Counted from the first letter of the stretch, positions 1 through 8,588 are shown. The stretch is 28,952 bases of DNA from a virus (IMGVR_UViG_3300017754_002785:1-28952), one strand, 5' to 3'. A program made the numbers and translations. Notes: generated by a model not told the origin, from the letters alone.

Positions 1-129
1 CGTCGTGGAGGCATTGAGGGTGAAGTCAATCACCGCCTCCGCCGTCGAACTAATCGTGTTCTGGGCGTGCGTCGTGCTGTTCTGGGGAATCGCCTGCGAG
101 GGCGTGTTGACGATGCGGGCGTTGGCCAT
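1..129 (-). CDS. Virion structural protein, N-terminal part only (runs off the left window edge)
   Basis: ATG at 129 lies 3 nt after the stop of 133..756. The frame is open to the edge (MANARIVNTPSQAIPQNSTTHAQNTISSTAEAVIDFTLNASTT...). It sits in the structural operon. Confidence 0.6.
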   Translation of the reverse strand, partial: MANARIVNTPSQAIPQNSTTHAQNTISSTAEAVIDFTLNASTT

Positions 130-132
130 AGC

Positions 133-756
133 TTAGCGGGTTGAAGAGTGGCGTGATTGCGTTGTCTGGTGAGAACGGATGCGCTTCCCAGCCGTATTGA
201 AATTACGCTGGTTCATCACATCCTCCAATTCTAGCACAAGAAGGGACTCGGCATACCCCTCTTCGGCAGCAGCCTTTTCGTTCTGCCCATCATACCGCAG
301 AAAATCGGCAAAGGCGCCGTGAGCGGCATAGTGGAAGAACTCCATCGGGACGAGGGAGTTGGTGGTGGAATTGTAGGGCCCGTCCCACCGCTTCTTGTAG
401 TCCACGTACACCGTGTCCAGCCCATCAGGCGGGGACACGATGTCGGCCCCGTCCGAAGTGACGTTGTACGTCAGCTCCGTCACGCTGTACGTGCCATACG
501 GGGCCTCGTCGTAGATGCGGAGGAAGCTGCCAATCGGGTTGAGGGTGGCCTGCGTGAAGGGCACCGACCCACCACTCACCGCCCGCGCCTCACCCAGCAC
601 CAGATAGCGGGGCCAGTAGTTGATCCGCCGGTAGGCATTGTAGATGCGCCGGTTGATAAACTGGTTGACTAGGGAGTTTTCCTCAGTTGTCAGGGCGGTG
701 TTGCCTGACAGGGCCTTCACCAACTCCAGCAGATTGCCGTAAGTGTCGGTAGTCAT
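133..756 (-). CDS. Putative head-tail adaptor / tail tubular protein A-like
   Basis: 207 aa, located downstream of the capsid genes. N-terminal TYGNLLELVK..FINRR..WP and C-terminal VPMEFFHYAAHGAFADFLRYDGQNEKA resemble podovirus adaptor proteins. Called on synteny plus recognition. Confidence 0.55.
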   Translation of the reverse strand: MTTDTYGNLLELVKALSGNTALTTEENSLVNQFINRRIYNAYRRINYWPRYLVLGEARAVSGGSVPFTQATLNPIGSFLRIYDEAPYGTYSVTELTYNVTSDGADIVSPPDGLDTVYVDYKKRWDGPYNSTTNSLVPMEFFHYAAHGAFADFLRYDGQNEKAAAEEGYAESLLVLELEDVMNQRNFNTAGKRIRSHQTTQSRHSSTR

Positions 757-1058
757 TACACCTTATTGGGACAGAGATGGGGGAACTTCTTCTGGTGGTA
801 GCGAATGAACTCCTTGCTGTTCACTTCGTGCCGTCCATACTTGTTGATGAGGCGGAAGTATTCGTCAGCCGGATAGAACGCCACGGCCTTGCCCAGCCCC
901 GGAATCGTCTTGTGGCCCTTCCAACGGCTAGCCTCGTGAGCCGCAAGGACCTCCTCCTTCTTCTCGTTCACCTTGATGAGCTCAAAGCCCGTGCGAATCT
1001 CGCGGATCAGGGCGTCCTTCACAGCCCCTTCCCCGGGCAGCTTGGTGATGATGTGCAT
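756..1058 (-). CDS. Hypothetical phage protein (head operon)
   Basis: 100 aa. Its stop overlaps the next start (TAATG), which indicates translational coupling. Confidence 0.75.
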   Translation of the reverse strand: MHIITKLPGEGAVKDALIREIRTGFELIKVNEKKEEVLAAHEASRWKGHKTIPGLGKAVAFYPADEYFRLINKYGRHEVNSKEFIRYHQKKFPHLCPNKV

Positions 1059-1093
1059 AAAAAAGGAGGCGCACCCACCTAGGATGCGCCCCC
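1059..1093 (-). terminator. Rho-independent terminator after the capsid genes
   Basis: On the minus strand a GC-rich GGGGGCGCATCC / GGGTGCGCCTCC stem is followed by TTTTTT. This is the typical position after highly expressed capsid genes. Confidence 0.7.
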
Positions 1094-1115
1094 ATTCTAT
1101 CAGCCGAGTGTGGTC

Positions 1116-1541
1116 TTAGCTGAACTTCGACAGGTCGATGACGCGAAGGGCGATGATGATCTCGCCAGCCGTCAGCGACGCAACAGCGGAGTCGGTCACC
1201 TTGACCAGCACATCCGTCTCAGACGTAACGGCCTTGACCGCCTTGCTGTAGCCGGAGGTGAACTGGTCACCCGTGTTGAACACCGGAACCGTCATCGCGT
1301 CCACATCGAGGGCGTCGATGAACTCGTCCGGGTCACCGGAGGTGGTGCCAACGTCGATCACCAGCGTGCTGGAGCCCGCGATGTCCACCGTGTTGGCGAC
1401 CGCCGCCAGCTCCACCGCCGAATGGGCGGGAAGTTTGGCAATGACGCGACTACCACCGTTGCCGATGGCGATCAGATCATTGTAGTCCAGACGAACGTAG
1501 TCCGTGAAGCCGCCCAGCTCGTTAACAGTAACTTTAGCCAT
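1116..1541 (-). CDS. Putative capsid decoration / minor head protein
   Basis: 141 aa, rich in V/I/T/G and likely beta-rich. It lies directly after the MCP and before the terminator. Confidence 0.6.
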   Translation of the reverse strand: MAKVTVNELGGFTDYVRLDYNDLIAIGNGGSRVIAKLPAHSAVELAAVANTVDIAGSSTLVIDVGTTSGDPDEFIDALDVDAMTVPVFNTGDQFTSGYSKAVKAVTSETDVLVKVTDSAVASLTAGEIIIALRVIDLSKFS

Positions 1542-1564
1542 TGTGATGTCTCCTTGGTTAGGGT

Positions 1565-2545
1565 TTAGCTGAGGACGGTGATCTTGCCGTGAGCGGCAGG
1601 ATGCGCCACCTTGAGGGTGCCGGTCCAGTCAACGTAGCCACGCTCGCCACCGCCGAGGTTCGGCAGGCGGGTAGAGCCGAGCGGGATGAGCTCACCCACC
1701 GCGTAGAAGTCGGGGTTGATGAGGTAGCCGGTGTCCTTGTTGGTGGTGTCCGGCGCGGTGTCGGGATTCATATCCACGATGGTGACAATGCCGTGATCCG
1801 ACTGGTACTGACCAACCGCCAGCTTGATGAGGCCGGACGAGCTGTTGGCGTTGTACTGACGGAGGGCGCCGGTGGTGGCGTCCGCACGGGCGAAGTCGGT
1901 CACCACCCGGCGCAGGGCGGTGTCAGCCAGCAGCGTGAGGCTGTTGGTCGAACCGTTCTGGCGGTAGATGGAGGTGATGAGGTTGTTCAGCACCGTCTCG
2001 TTGAACGTGCCCGAGCTGTGGATGGAGCCAGCCGGGGTGCGGTAGTCCGAAGGGACATCCGCAGGACCAGCCGAGTCAATCCAGTCACCGAGGCCGCGCA
2101 TCGTGTAGGCCGTGCCGCCACCGTTCTCAGCCGCACGATCCTGCGTGCCGAGGAGGACGGTTTCAACGTCACGCTTCAGCTCCTTGACGGCCTTCATCTC
2201 CGCACGGGCGATGTCCTGCGGGCCAACCGAGGAGACGGCCTGCTGGAGATCGGACACGCGGAAGGACCGGCGCCGCTTGTGGACGTAGTTGCCAAGGCGG
2301 GCCACGGAATCAAACTTGTCGTCGAAGTCGGTGACATCAGCGCCTTCGCTCACCGCCGTGGTGACGGGAGCGGACAGCTTGTCCACGCCCCACTCAACGA
2401 AGGTGGCGTTGCACTTGAACTTGTCAGCGGAGCTGAGGAGCGGCGTTTCGCTGGGAGCCAGCGTGCTAATGGCATCGTGGAGGTCCTCACGGTTGAGGGC
2501 CGCGCTGCCGGGCGAGGTGGTATCGTAGGTGTTGGAGAACGACAT
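1565..2545 (-). CDS. Major capsid protein (DUF5309/SU10-like family)
   Basis: 326 aa with the motifs NREDLHDAI..LAPSETP, EWGVDKL, RLGNY..K, KELKRDVE and RGLGDWI. It follows the scaffold gene. Confidence 0.85.
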   Translation of the reverse strand: MSFSNTYDTTSPGSAALNREDLHDAISTLAPSETPLLSSADKFKCNATFVEWGVDKLSAPVTTAVSEGADVTDFDDKFDSVARLGNYVHKRRRSFRVSDLQQAVSSVGPQDIARAEMKAVKELKRDVETVLLGTQDRAAENGGGTAYTMRGLGDWIDSAGPADVPSDYRTPAGSIHSSGTFNETVLNNLITSIYRQNGSTNSLTLLADTALRRVVTDFARADATTGALRQYNANSSSGLIKLAVGQYQSDHGIVTIVDMNPDTAPDTTNKDTGYLINPDFYAVGELIPLGSTRLPNLGGGERGYVDWTGTLKVAHPAAHGKITVLS

Positions 2546-2551
2546 AACTAA

Positions 2552-3622
2552 TTAGGATTTACGTTTCGAGAGTTGAGCTGCACGGAGGGCGATGAAGTCG
2601 TTGGCGCTTCCTGTTTGTTTGTATCGGCTTTCAATGTCCTTGAGCTGCCGGTCGAAGCGGTTTTCAGGACGCTCCGGGGCAGCCGCCGTGGAGGCGGGGG
2701 ACGAGGGAGGATTAAGCGTTACGCCCTTGGACTTACCGTCCATTGGCAGCTCGCGGCGCCCGTAGATGGAGTTGGCGGCGTGAGCCACCAGATACTCAAT
2801 CTGCGGGGCAATCTCAGGCACAAGACGCTTGGCCTGTTGCAGGCGGGGGTCATTGACCATCGCCTCATACCGCTTCCTCACATCGTTGTCTTCGCCATCC
2901 ATCCAAGACAGCTCGGTTTTGGCCAAGGTCTTGAACTGCTGTTCCATTCCCTGACGCTGTGCTCGGAGCTGGAGCTCCTTGTACTGCGCCGGGATGTATT
3001 TGGTCTGGCGACGACGGGCGTTTCGGAGCATCTCGCGCACCTGCACCTTGGTCCACTCCTTGCCGTCTTCCGCTGTGTAAACAACGTCGTTGGGGCCAAA
3101 GTCCTCCGCCTTGAAAAGGATGTCCTCTGCCGACTCGACGAAGCTATCCACCTCTTCCTTCTGTTTCTGAAGGTCTTCGACGGTAGCAATCGACTCGTAG
3201 GGGTTGTCCTCAACCTTGGCGTCAGGGAGTTGCTGCCGAGCCTGCACAATGGCAGACTCCAGCGCGGCTGCCTTCTCCTCGGCTAGCTTGCGCTTGGCCG
3301 TGAGCTCAGCAATCCGCTTGAGCAACCCGCTCTTGCCCTTTTGGGCAAGCTCAGCGATCTCCTCATCTGTGAGGTCCTCAATTTCCTTTGAAAGAACTTC
3401 CTTCTGGGGAGCGGCCTCGGCCTTGGGTTCGCCCTCTTGCGGGGGCTCCTTGGCTTCGGGCTCCTTCGGAGGAACCGATTCAGGCTCTTTGGGAGCAGCG
3501 GGGGGCTGCTTGCCAGTAAGCTTGGCAATACGGGAGGACAGGAAATCCTTGTCCGTCATTGGCTTGTTGGTTTCCACGGCAGGTTTAGCGTCCCCCGCGT
3601 CGGACGTTACGACTTCTGACAT
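2552..3622 (-). CDS. Capsid scaffolding protein
   Basis: 356 aa with an acidic, Pro-rich N-terminus, a coiled coil containing KRIAELTAKRK and a helical C-terminal tail. It lies between portal and MCP. Confidence 0.75.
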   Translation of the reverse strand: MSEVVTSDAGDAKPAVETNKPMTDKDFLSSRIAKLTGKQPPAAPKEPESVPPKEPEAKEPPQEGEPKAEAAPQKEVLSKEIEDLTDEEIAELAQKGKSGLLKRIAELTAKRKLAEEKAAALESAIVQARQQLPDAKVEDNPYESIATVEDLQKQKEEVDSFVESAEDILFKAEDFGPNDVVYTAEDGKEWTKVQVREMLRNARRRQTKYIPAQYKELQLRAQRQGMEQQFKTLAKTELSWMDGEDNDVRKRYEAMVNDPRLQQAKRLVPEIAPQIEYLVAHAANSIYGRRELPMDGKSKGVTLNPPSSPASTAAAPERPENRFDRQLKDIESRYKQTGSANDFIALRAAQLSKRKS

Positions 3623-3626
3623 ATTT

Positions 3627-3669
3627 CATCCGCCATCTTTGCGCCTTGGCGACTGCGATGGGGCGGATG
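3627..3669 (-). promoter_or_regulatory. Structured 5' leader of the scaffold gene
   Basis: The minus strand forms a CATCCG..CCATC / GATGG-CGGATG hairpin that ends 4 nt before the scaffold ATG. A -10-like TATGCT lies just upstream at 3672-3677. Confidence 0.45.
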
Positions 3670-3689
3670 CTAGCATAGCTTTTCCGTAC

Positions 3690-3719
3690 TTGACTTAATT
3701 GGTCATCCTCCGCCATTTT
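3690..3719 (+). promoter_or_regulatory. Candidate sigma70-type promoter for the tRNA-like RNA and the 3877..4095 ORF
   Basis: TTGACT at 3690-3695, an 18-nt spacer and a weak -10 CATTTT at 3714-3719. Confidence 0.4.
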
Positions 3720-3738
3720 GCGCCTGCCTCGTAGGAGG

Positions 3739-3870
3739 CGCCCAATGGTGCAAAGCATAGCATTTCGCCTGCTAGGACGCTAGCGACCCACCGGACTTCC
3801 GGCTCCAACAGCCGGAGAATGGCCAATCGGGGGTGTGGCGAAGATGCGGGTTGGAGCCCCGCTTGGGCAT
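3739..3870 (+). ncRNA. tRNA-like RNA with the anticodon loop replaced by a 67-nt structured domain
   Basis: Acceptor stem CGCCCAA/TTGGGCA, U8, D-stem GTGC/GCAT with A14 and A21, anticodon stem TCGCC/GGCGA, 4-nt variable loop AGAT, T-arm GCGGG-TTGGAGC-CCCGC. It carries a compensatory C19-G56 pair. Confidence 0.75.
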
Positions 3871-3876
3871 ACCTTT

Positions 3877-4095
3877 ATGAGCCCTAAGTCCCTAGAAATC
3901 CTTCAGAACAACGAGCACTTCCTTGAGTTTCTGACCTCCTTGCACGACGCCCGCGAGCATTGGATCGCCAACCTTGAAGACCGGCCCACGGAAATGCTCC
4001 AGCAGATCGCTGGGCGCATCTGCACCCTGAACGACATACTGGAGCGGTCCAACTACAAGGTCGCTAAGGAACGCTGGGAAGCGCTCAGGCGCTAA
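3877..4095 (+). CDS. Small helical phage protein, antisense to the head operon
   Basis: 72 aa (MSPKSLEILQNNEHFLEFL...LQQIAGRICTLNDIL). The ATG lies 6 nt after the tRNA-like 3' end. The stop overlaps the portal stop convergently. Confidence 0.65.
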   Translation: MSPKSLEILQNNEHFLEFLTSLHDAREHWIANLEDRPTEMLQQIAGRICTLNDILERSNYKVAKERWEALRR

Positions 4096-6160
4096 GGCCC
4101 TGCGTGCTCACCTCGCCCATCTGGGCGGGAGCCGTACCAATCCGCCCAATCTGGGCGTTCTGCATCTGCTGCATCTGGAATTGGTACTGCTGCATATACT
4201 TGTTGAGCCGGTCTTGGAACGGCTTGTCCTGCTGGAAGCGCTGACCAACGTCCGGCTGCTGCAAATACTGCTGGATGGTTTGCATCGCCACCTGAGCGCC
4301 ATTTGGGCGAGCCCCCACCTCGATGCCAGCGTAAATCTTGGACAGGTCGTCAGTCACCTGCTTGACGATCTGCTGCTGGGCCTCCTCGGCAGGCTGGAGA
4401 ACGGCATCGGCCAGCACCGGATTGACGGCTGAGGCCATCACTTCCAGCATCCGGTCCATATTGATGCGGCCATTCCGGTCGAATTGGACCAAGCTCACAA
4501 ACTGGTTGAGCTGGGTTTCGAGATTCTCGGGATCAGCGGCCAACACATCGTAGTTGACCACGATGTCGAAGTTCTCGTTCGGGTCGCCACGGCTGAAGCG
4601 CTGGGGATCGGACACGCCCGTGACGCGGAAGAACACCTGTTCAGGGCCAAACCGCTGGTAGCACTTGAAGGCCAGCCGGATGACATCACGAACGTGGTGC
4701 AAAAACTTGTCCACGAAGTGCTGCTGACGGATGCGGGACATCGGATTCTCGTGATCCAAGCCCATCATCGTGTTCGCCTGCTGGAGCATCGTCTGTTCCA
4801 GCTCCACGCTGCCCGGGTTGTACGGGGGCGTAGGCCCAAACTGAATCTCCCCCATCCGCCGGTAGGGGATGCGGGCCGCTGGACCGTAGTCCGTGGGCGG
4901 CTGACCCGTCACGGGGTAGAGCAGCGGCGGGATGGTCGCCATACTGTTGCGGTCGGAACGGCTGTCCCGCTCGCCCTTGATGGCCCATTGCAGGCCACGC
5001 AGCATCTCCGGCACCGTCGCCAGCTCGTACAGGCGCTTGTTGTCCTCAAACAGCTTGGTGACGACAAAAGGATAGTCGTCATAGCCGTTCAGGAGCTCAA
5101 ACTTGGCATACTTGGGCTCACCATCCCGGCCCGTCCACTTCTGGTTGAACACCGTGCAGTAGATGCCCTGCGAGCCATCCTCCCGCTTCACCATCCGCTG
5201 GTAGGCGTAGATGACCTCGTACAGCTCGTTGGTCATCTGCTGGGCCGAGCGATTGGTCTCCGTGTTGGTACGGGGGTCGGTGAGATCGATTGAGACGGGC
5301 TGCTGAGCCAGCACGTTGTCCACCCAGTCGGAGTCCCATCCCTCCGTCGCCACCTTGTTCTCAAGCTGCTGGGCCGACATCAGGACGCGCAGGAAGCAAT
5401 ACGGCGCCTTCTGGTAGTCGGTGGTGTAGGCCGGGAAGAACACATCCCCGTCAGGGGCTAGGGCGTTCACCACCGGGCCATTCACCGACTGCCGCACCAC
5501 GGACAGCTCCGTCGTGCCCGTCTTACGCAGCTCCTTCACCGCCACCTTGGCCTGCTTCTCCGTTACGCCCTTAAACTGCTGGGTGAGCAGGATGGCAATC
5601 TGGTCGTCAGCCTTGCCCTCAATGATGAGGCTGGCCAAGTCGGGACTGGCCTGAGCAATCTGCGCCAGCTCCACCCGCTGACGGAACGTGCGGTCCTCCT
5701 TCTGCCACCCCACGTAGCTCACCATAATGCCACGCTCAAAGAGGTAGTTGGCCCCCAGCTCCATCTGACGCTTGAAGTCAGGGATGTACGCCGCCACCAT
5801 CCACTTCAGGAAGGCCGAAGTAACCCGAGCCCGCTGAAGGTCGCCCAGCTCTACCGGGTAGGCGCGGATGTTTGCCCGCGACAGCGCCGACATACACAGC
5901 GCAACGTAAGTGTTGATAAACTGGTCAATGAGGGGCACCTCCGTGTCCGAGGCTCCTTCAAAGGGGAAGGCGTCCGGGCCCCACTTACGCAGGTCTTTTG
6001 CTTTGTTCGGCCAGATGTTGCGTCGGTAGTCATAGCTGTCGCGGGTGGACGACAGATACCACGCCAAATCGTTCACCGTGCGGTCGTAGGCATTCTTCAG
6101 CGCAAGCACGTCGGGCTTGGCGCTTACATACGTCAAGGCCTCTTGAGTGTCATTTTCCAT
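4085..6160 (-). CDS. Portal protein
   Basis: 691 aa located between TerL and scaffold. It has the motifs PFEGASD and GYDDYPFVV and a Gln-rich C-terminal helical region like P22-type portals. Confidence 0.85.
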   Translation of the reverse strand: MENDTQEALTYVSAKPDVLALKNAYDRTVNDLAWYLSSTRDSYDYRRNIWPNKAKDLRKWGPDAFPFEGASDTEVPLIDQFINTYVALCMSALSRANIRAYPVELGDLQRARVTSAFLKWMVAAYIPDFKRQMELGANYLFERGIMVSYVGWQKEDRTFRQRVELAQIAQASPDLASLIIEGKADDQIAILLTQQFKGVTEKQAKVAVKELRKTGTTELSVVRQSVNGPVVNALAPDGDVFFPAYTTDYQKAPYCFLRVLMSAQQLENKVATEGWDSDWVDNVLAQQPVSIDLTDPRTNTETNRSAQQMTNELYEVIYAYQRMVKREDGSQGIYCTVFNQKWTGRDGEPKYAKFELLNGYDDYPFVVTKLFEDNKRLYELATVPEMLRGLQWAIKGERDSRSDRNSMATIPPLLYPVTGQPPTDYGPAARIPYRRMGEIQFGPTPPYNPGSVELEQTMLQQANTMMGLDHENPMSRIRQQHFVDKFLHHVRDVIRLAFKCYQRFGPEQVFFRVTGVSDPQRFSRGDPNENFDIVVNYDVLAADPENLETQLNQFVSLVQFDRNGRINMDRMLEVMASAVNPVLADAVLQPAEEAQQQIVKQVTDDLSKIYAGIEVGARPNGAQVAMQTIQQYLQQPDVGQRFQQDKPFQDRLNKYMQQYQFQMQQMQNAQIGRIGTAPAQMGEVSTQGLSA

Positions 6161-6404
6161 AGGAATACCTGCGCTTAATGTCTACGATGATGCGATTAGA
6201 GAAACCCTTGCCCACCCCAAGCTTGTCGCCCAGCCGCTCAGGAGAGACGGGCTGGTAGCAGGCTGACAACGCTCGCGTCAGGATTTCAAAGCCCAACAGC
6301 CGATCCACCTGCTCAGCCTGCCACTCAGGGCAAAGTGACAGGTCACTTTCCTCCGAGGGCTTCGTGCCGGTAGGTTTTGCCGCCATTGGCGTCTTCGATG
6401 ACAT
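6150..6404 (-). CDS. Hypothetical protein (start uncertain)
   Basis: The ORF fills the gap between 6343..6738 and the portal, and its stop overlaps the portal start. The C-terminus is HTH-like (PERLGDKLGVGKGFSNRI). Confidence 0.55.
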   Translation of the reverse strand: MSSKTPMAAKPTGTKPSEESDLSLCPEWQAEQVDRLLGFEILTRALSACYQPVSPERLGDKLGVGKGFSNRIIVDIKRRYSYGK

Positions 6405-6738
6405 CTACGTTGATTAGCTTGCCCACCAGCCTATCACACCAGCTCGGTTTGACGGCCACCAACACCTTGTCGCCCAAGCCCTTCTCGGGGATGCAATACA
6501 GCCAATGCGGGTTGGGAGCAGCCTTCAGGGCCCGCATCAGCAGCCGCTTGGGCACCGCCAAGGGCACGGCCACGGCAAGGCGCACCTTGTCGGCACCTTC
6601 CTCTGTGAAGTATTGCCGTCCCTTCACCAGCTTCCAGTCCTTGTCGGACAGCTTCTCGTCCCTAATCTTGGCTAGCTGGAACTTAGTAATCTTCAGTTCC
6701 TTGGCCAAATCGGCAAATGGAATCTCAGTAGTAGGCAT
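6343..6738 (-). CDS. Hypothetical protein, possible N-terminal HTH
   Basis: 131 aa overlapping the TerL stop. It begins FADLAKELKITKFQLAKIR. Confidence 0.7.
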   Translation of the reverse strand: MPTTEIPFADLAKELKITKFQLAKIRDEKLSDKDWKLVKGRQYFTEEGADKVRLAVAVPLAVPKRLLMRALKAAPNPHWLYCIPEKGLGDKVLVAVKPSWCDRLVGKLINVDVIEDANGGKTYRHEALGGK

Positions 6739-8338
6739 TTTTAGGTCTGGTAGTGGCCATCTGGCCGGGGGCTATGTAACGAATGTCGGCCACGGCGGCG
6801 TAGCGGAGAACGTCAATCGGGTCTTTCCACGCCTCATCCAACCCACCTTCCGCCGTATACTCCTGAAAGGCTTGGATGATGTTCTCGCAGCGGTCTGAGA
6901 TGTACAGGTGCGGGCGGTTGAGGGCGTCCATCGGGGCCTTCCGGTTGTAGGCCAGCTTCGTCTGGATGGCCTGCAAGCCCTCCTCGATGTCCAACCCCGG
7001 GGCAGGCATAAACACCAACCCGGCATCCTCAAGGTCAGCAATAACGGACGATACGCCGGTTTGTGTCTGATATCTGGCAGCACCAAGGCGGGGGTCAATC
7101 AGCCGCTCAAAGATGGCGTCCCCCGTTTCGGCCTCCATCCCGGTGATGAGGTCAACGTAGTCACGTATCCCGTAACCAAGGCCCTTGGACCCTTCCGCGC
7201 CCACCCACTTGCCGCCCTGCCACTTAGCCCAGTCGCCCACGTTGATGTCCGGCCACTCCCGATAAACCCACCACGTATCCGACTCATCCACCGCCACCCA
7301 CGCCATAAACCAGTTCTTCCGGCCAGCAGGGTCTAGGATGAGATACTTGGTCGTACCCTTCAGGTTGATCGACTTGTGCTCCACCACGTTCACTTCCCGG
7401 CTGAAGTTGGGAAAGCGAGTGGACAGCGACTTGGTCGCTATGCCGTAGGCACGGGTGAGGATTTCCGGCTCCGGCCTGTTCGCTAGGTCCTTGGCGATAC
7501 GGTCGTAACCACCGAAGGGGTTGTCCCTACTGTGGAAGTAGATGATGCCTGCATCCCGGTTCCTTGAACGCTGTAGGTATGGGACGCTCCGGCCACCCAG
7601 AAGCTCGGCGGGCTTAGATCGGAAGGTTTCCGCTCCCTGCACGTAGTCTCGGACAACCTCGGTGTATCCGTCGATAGGTGTAAAAGTAACGACCAGCTTG
7701 CTGTTGCGAGTAGCGAGGCGAAAACGAAGAGTCCCAAGGAGCTCCGGGCCGACGAGATATTCGTCACACCAAGCGCCAATGTTAAGCCAGCTAGGACTCC
7801 GGCTACCAAGCTCAGCACCCTCAAGGATTGTGTCGTTGTTAAGGAATTGGGCATAAGTCTTGAATATGATCGAGCTCTTGCTGACGGGCAGGATGAGGCT
7901 GGACTTGGAGAACCCGTTCTTGCGGGTGTAGGACACGTTCTCCTCCGTCCCCAGCACCTTGGTCTTAAACTCCTCGGGCAGGGCGTCGTACACCGCACTC
8001 TGCTGCTGTCGGATGGACACATCCGCATTCTGGGCAAAGCACATTATGACCGACCCCGGGTTCTCCACCGCCGCCTTCACTACGGCGTGGGCCGCCCAGC
8101 TCGTCTTCCCGCTCCGATTGCCCCCGCTCACCAGCAGCTCGGAATGCACCGTCAGCAGCTCCTCTGCATCCTTCCAATGGGGCAGCTTCCAGCCATACCT
8201 GTACGGGTCCCGCTTGCTGTTCGCAATGGCTGAATGGTAGACCTCGTGAAGCTTGAGGACATCCTCCGGCTTCATTGCCGCCAACTCCTCGTCAGTCGGC
8301 GGCTTTAAGACCTCGTGCGGTTCCCAGACTAGGGCCAT
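6725..8338 (-). CDS. terL: Terminase large subunit
   Basis: Walker A GGNRSGKT, Walker B AWCDE, coupling motif TFTP, and nuclease motifs ILDPAG and KDPIDVLRY. Confidence 0.92.
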   Translation of the reverse strand: MALVWEPHEVLKPPTDEELAAMKPEDVLKLHEVYHSAIANSKRDPYRYGWKLPHWKDAEELLTVHSELLVSGGNRSGKTSWAAHAVVKAAVENPGSVIMCFAQNADVSIRQQQSAVYDALPEEFKTKVLGTEENVSYTRKNGFSKSSLILPVSKSSIIFKTYAQFLNNDTILEGAELGSRSPSWLNIGAWCDEYLVGPELLGTLRFRLATRNSKLVVTFTPIDGYTEVVRDYVQGAETFRSKPAELLGGRSVPYLQRSRNRDAGIIYFHSRDNPFGGYDRIAKDLANRPEPEILTRAYGIATKSLSTRFPNFSREVNVVEHKSINLKGTTKYLILDPAGRKNWFMAWVAVDESDTWWVYREWPDINVGDWAKWQGGKWVGAEGSKGLGYGIRDYVDLITGMEAETGDAIFERLIDPRLGAARYQTQTGVSSVIADLEDAGLVFMPAPGLDIEEGLQAIQTKLAYNRKAPMDALNRPHLYISDRCENIIQAFQEYTAEGGLDEAWKDPIDVLRYAAVADIRYIAPGQMATTRPKNAYY

Positions 8339-8393
8339 TAGTAAAGGAAAGCCTCGTTTTCTTTAATGCCGAAAATCGTAGTTAAAGGAAAGC

Positions 8394-8588
8394 TCACTTT
8401 CCTTGGCGTATCTCCAGCTTCCAGCACCAGAAGCCTATGGTGCACGACCAGTAGCCACCCCCCGTAAAGGAATACTGACCGTAATGGCGCTTGCCCGTAG
8501 ACACATCCGTCCAAGACGACGTAACTATCGCCTTGGTAATCCAAATGCCAAGGCTGGGCCTATTGCAGGGAAGCCAAGAGACTCTCAT
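8394..8588 (-). CDS. Small Trp-rich hypothetical protein between terS and terL
   Basis: 64 aa. Its ATG overlaps the terS stop as ATGA. Confidence 0.5.
   Translation of the reverse strand: MRVSWLPCNRPSLGIWITKAIVTSSWTDVSTGKRHYGQYSFTGGGYWSCTIGFWCWKLEIRQGK

Noticed and set aside
3739-3870. Ordinary tRNA (His or fMet) or tmRNA
   Set aside because: No canonical 7-nt loop with U33 and purine 37 can be formed convincingly by a simple excision. The element is far too short for tmRNA and has a D-stem.
3835-3876. Upstream GTG/ATG starts for the 3835..4095 ORF
   Set aside because: They fall inside the tRNA-like structure, so ATG 3877 is preferred.
319-8240. Long + strand ORFs antisense to the head genes (e.g. 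1589..2551, 2573..3286, 4484..5293)
   Set aside because: These are shadow frames of GC-rich genuine genes, with no motifs or plausible starts.
8338-8544. Alternative 68-aa ORF between terS and terL
   Set aside because: It overlaps 8394..8588, which has an ATGA-coupled start. It is not fully excluded, because its stop abuts the terL start.
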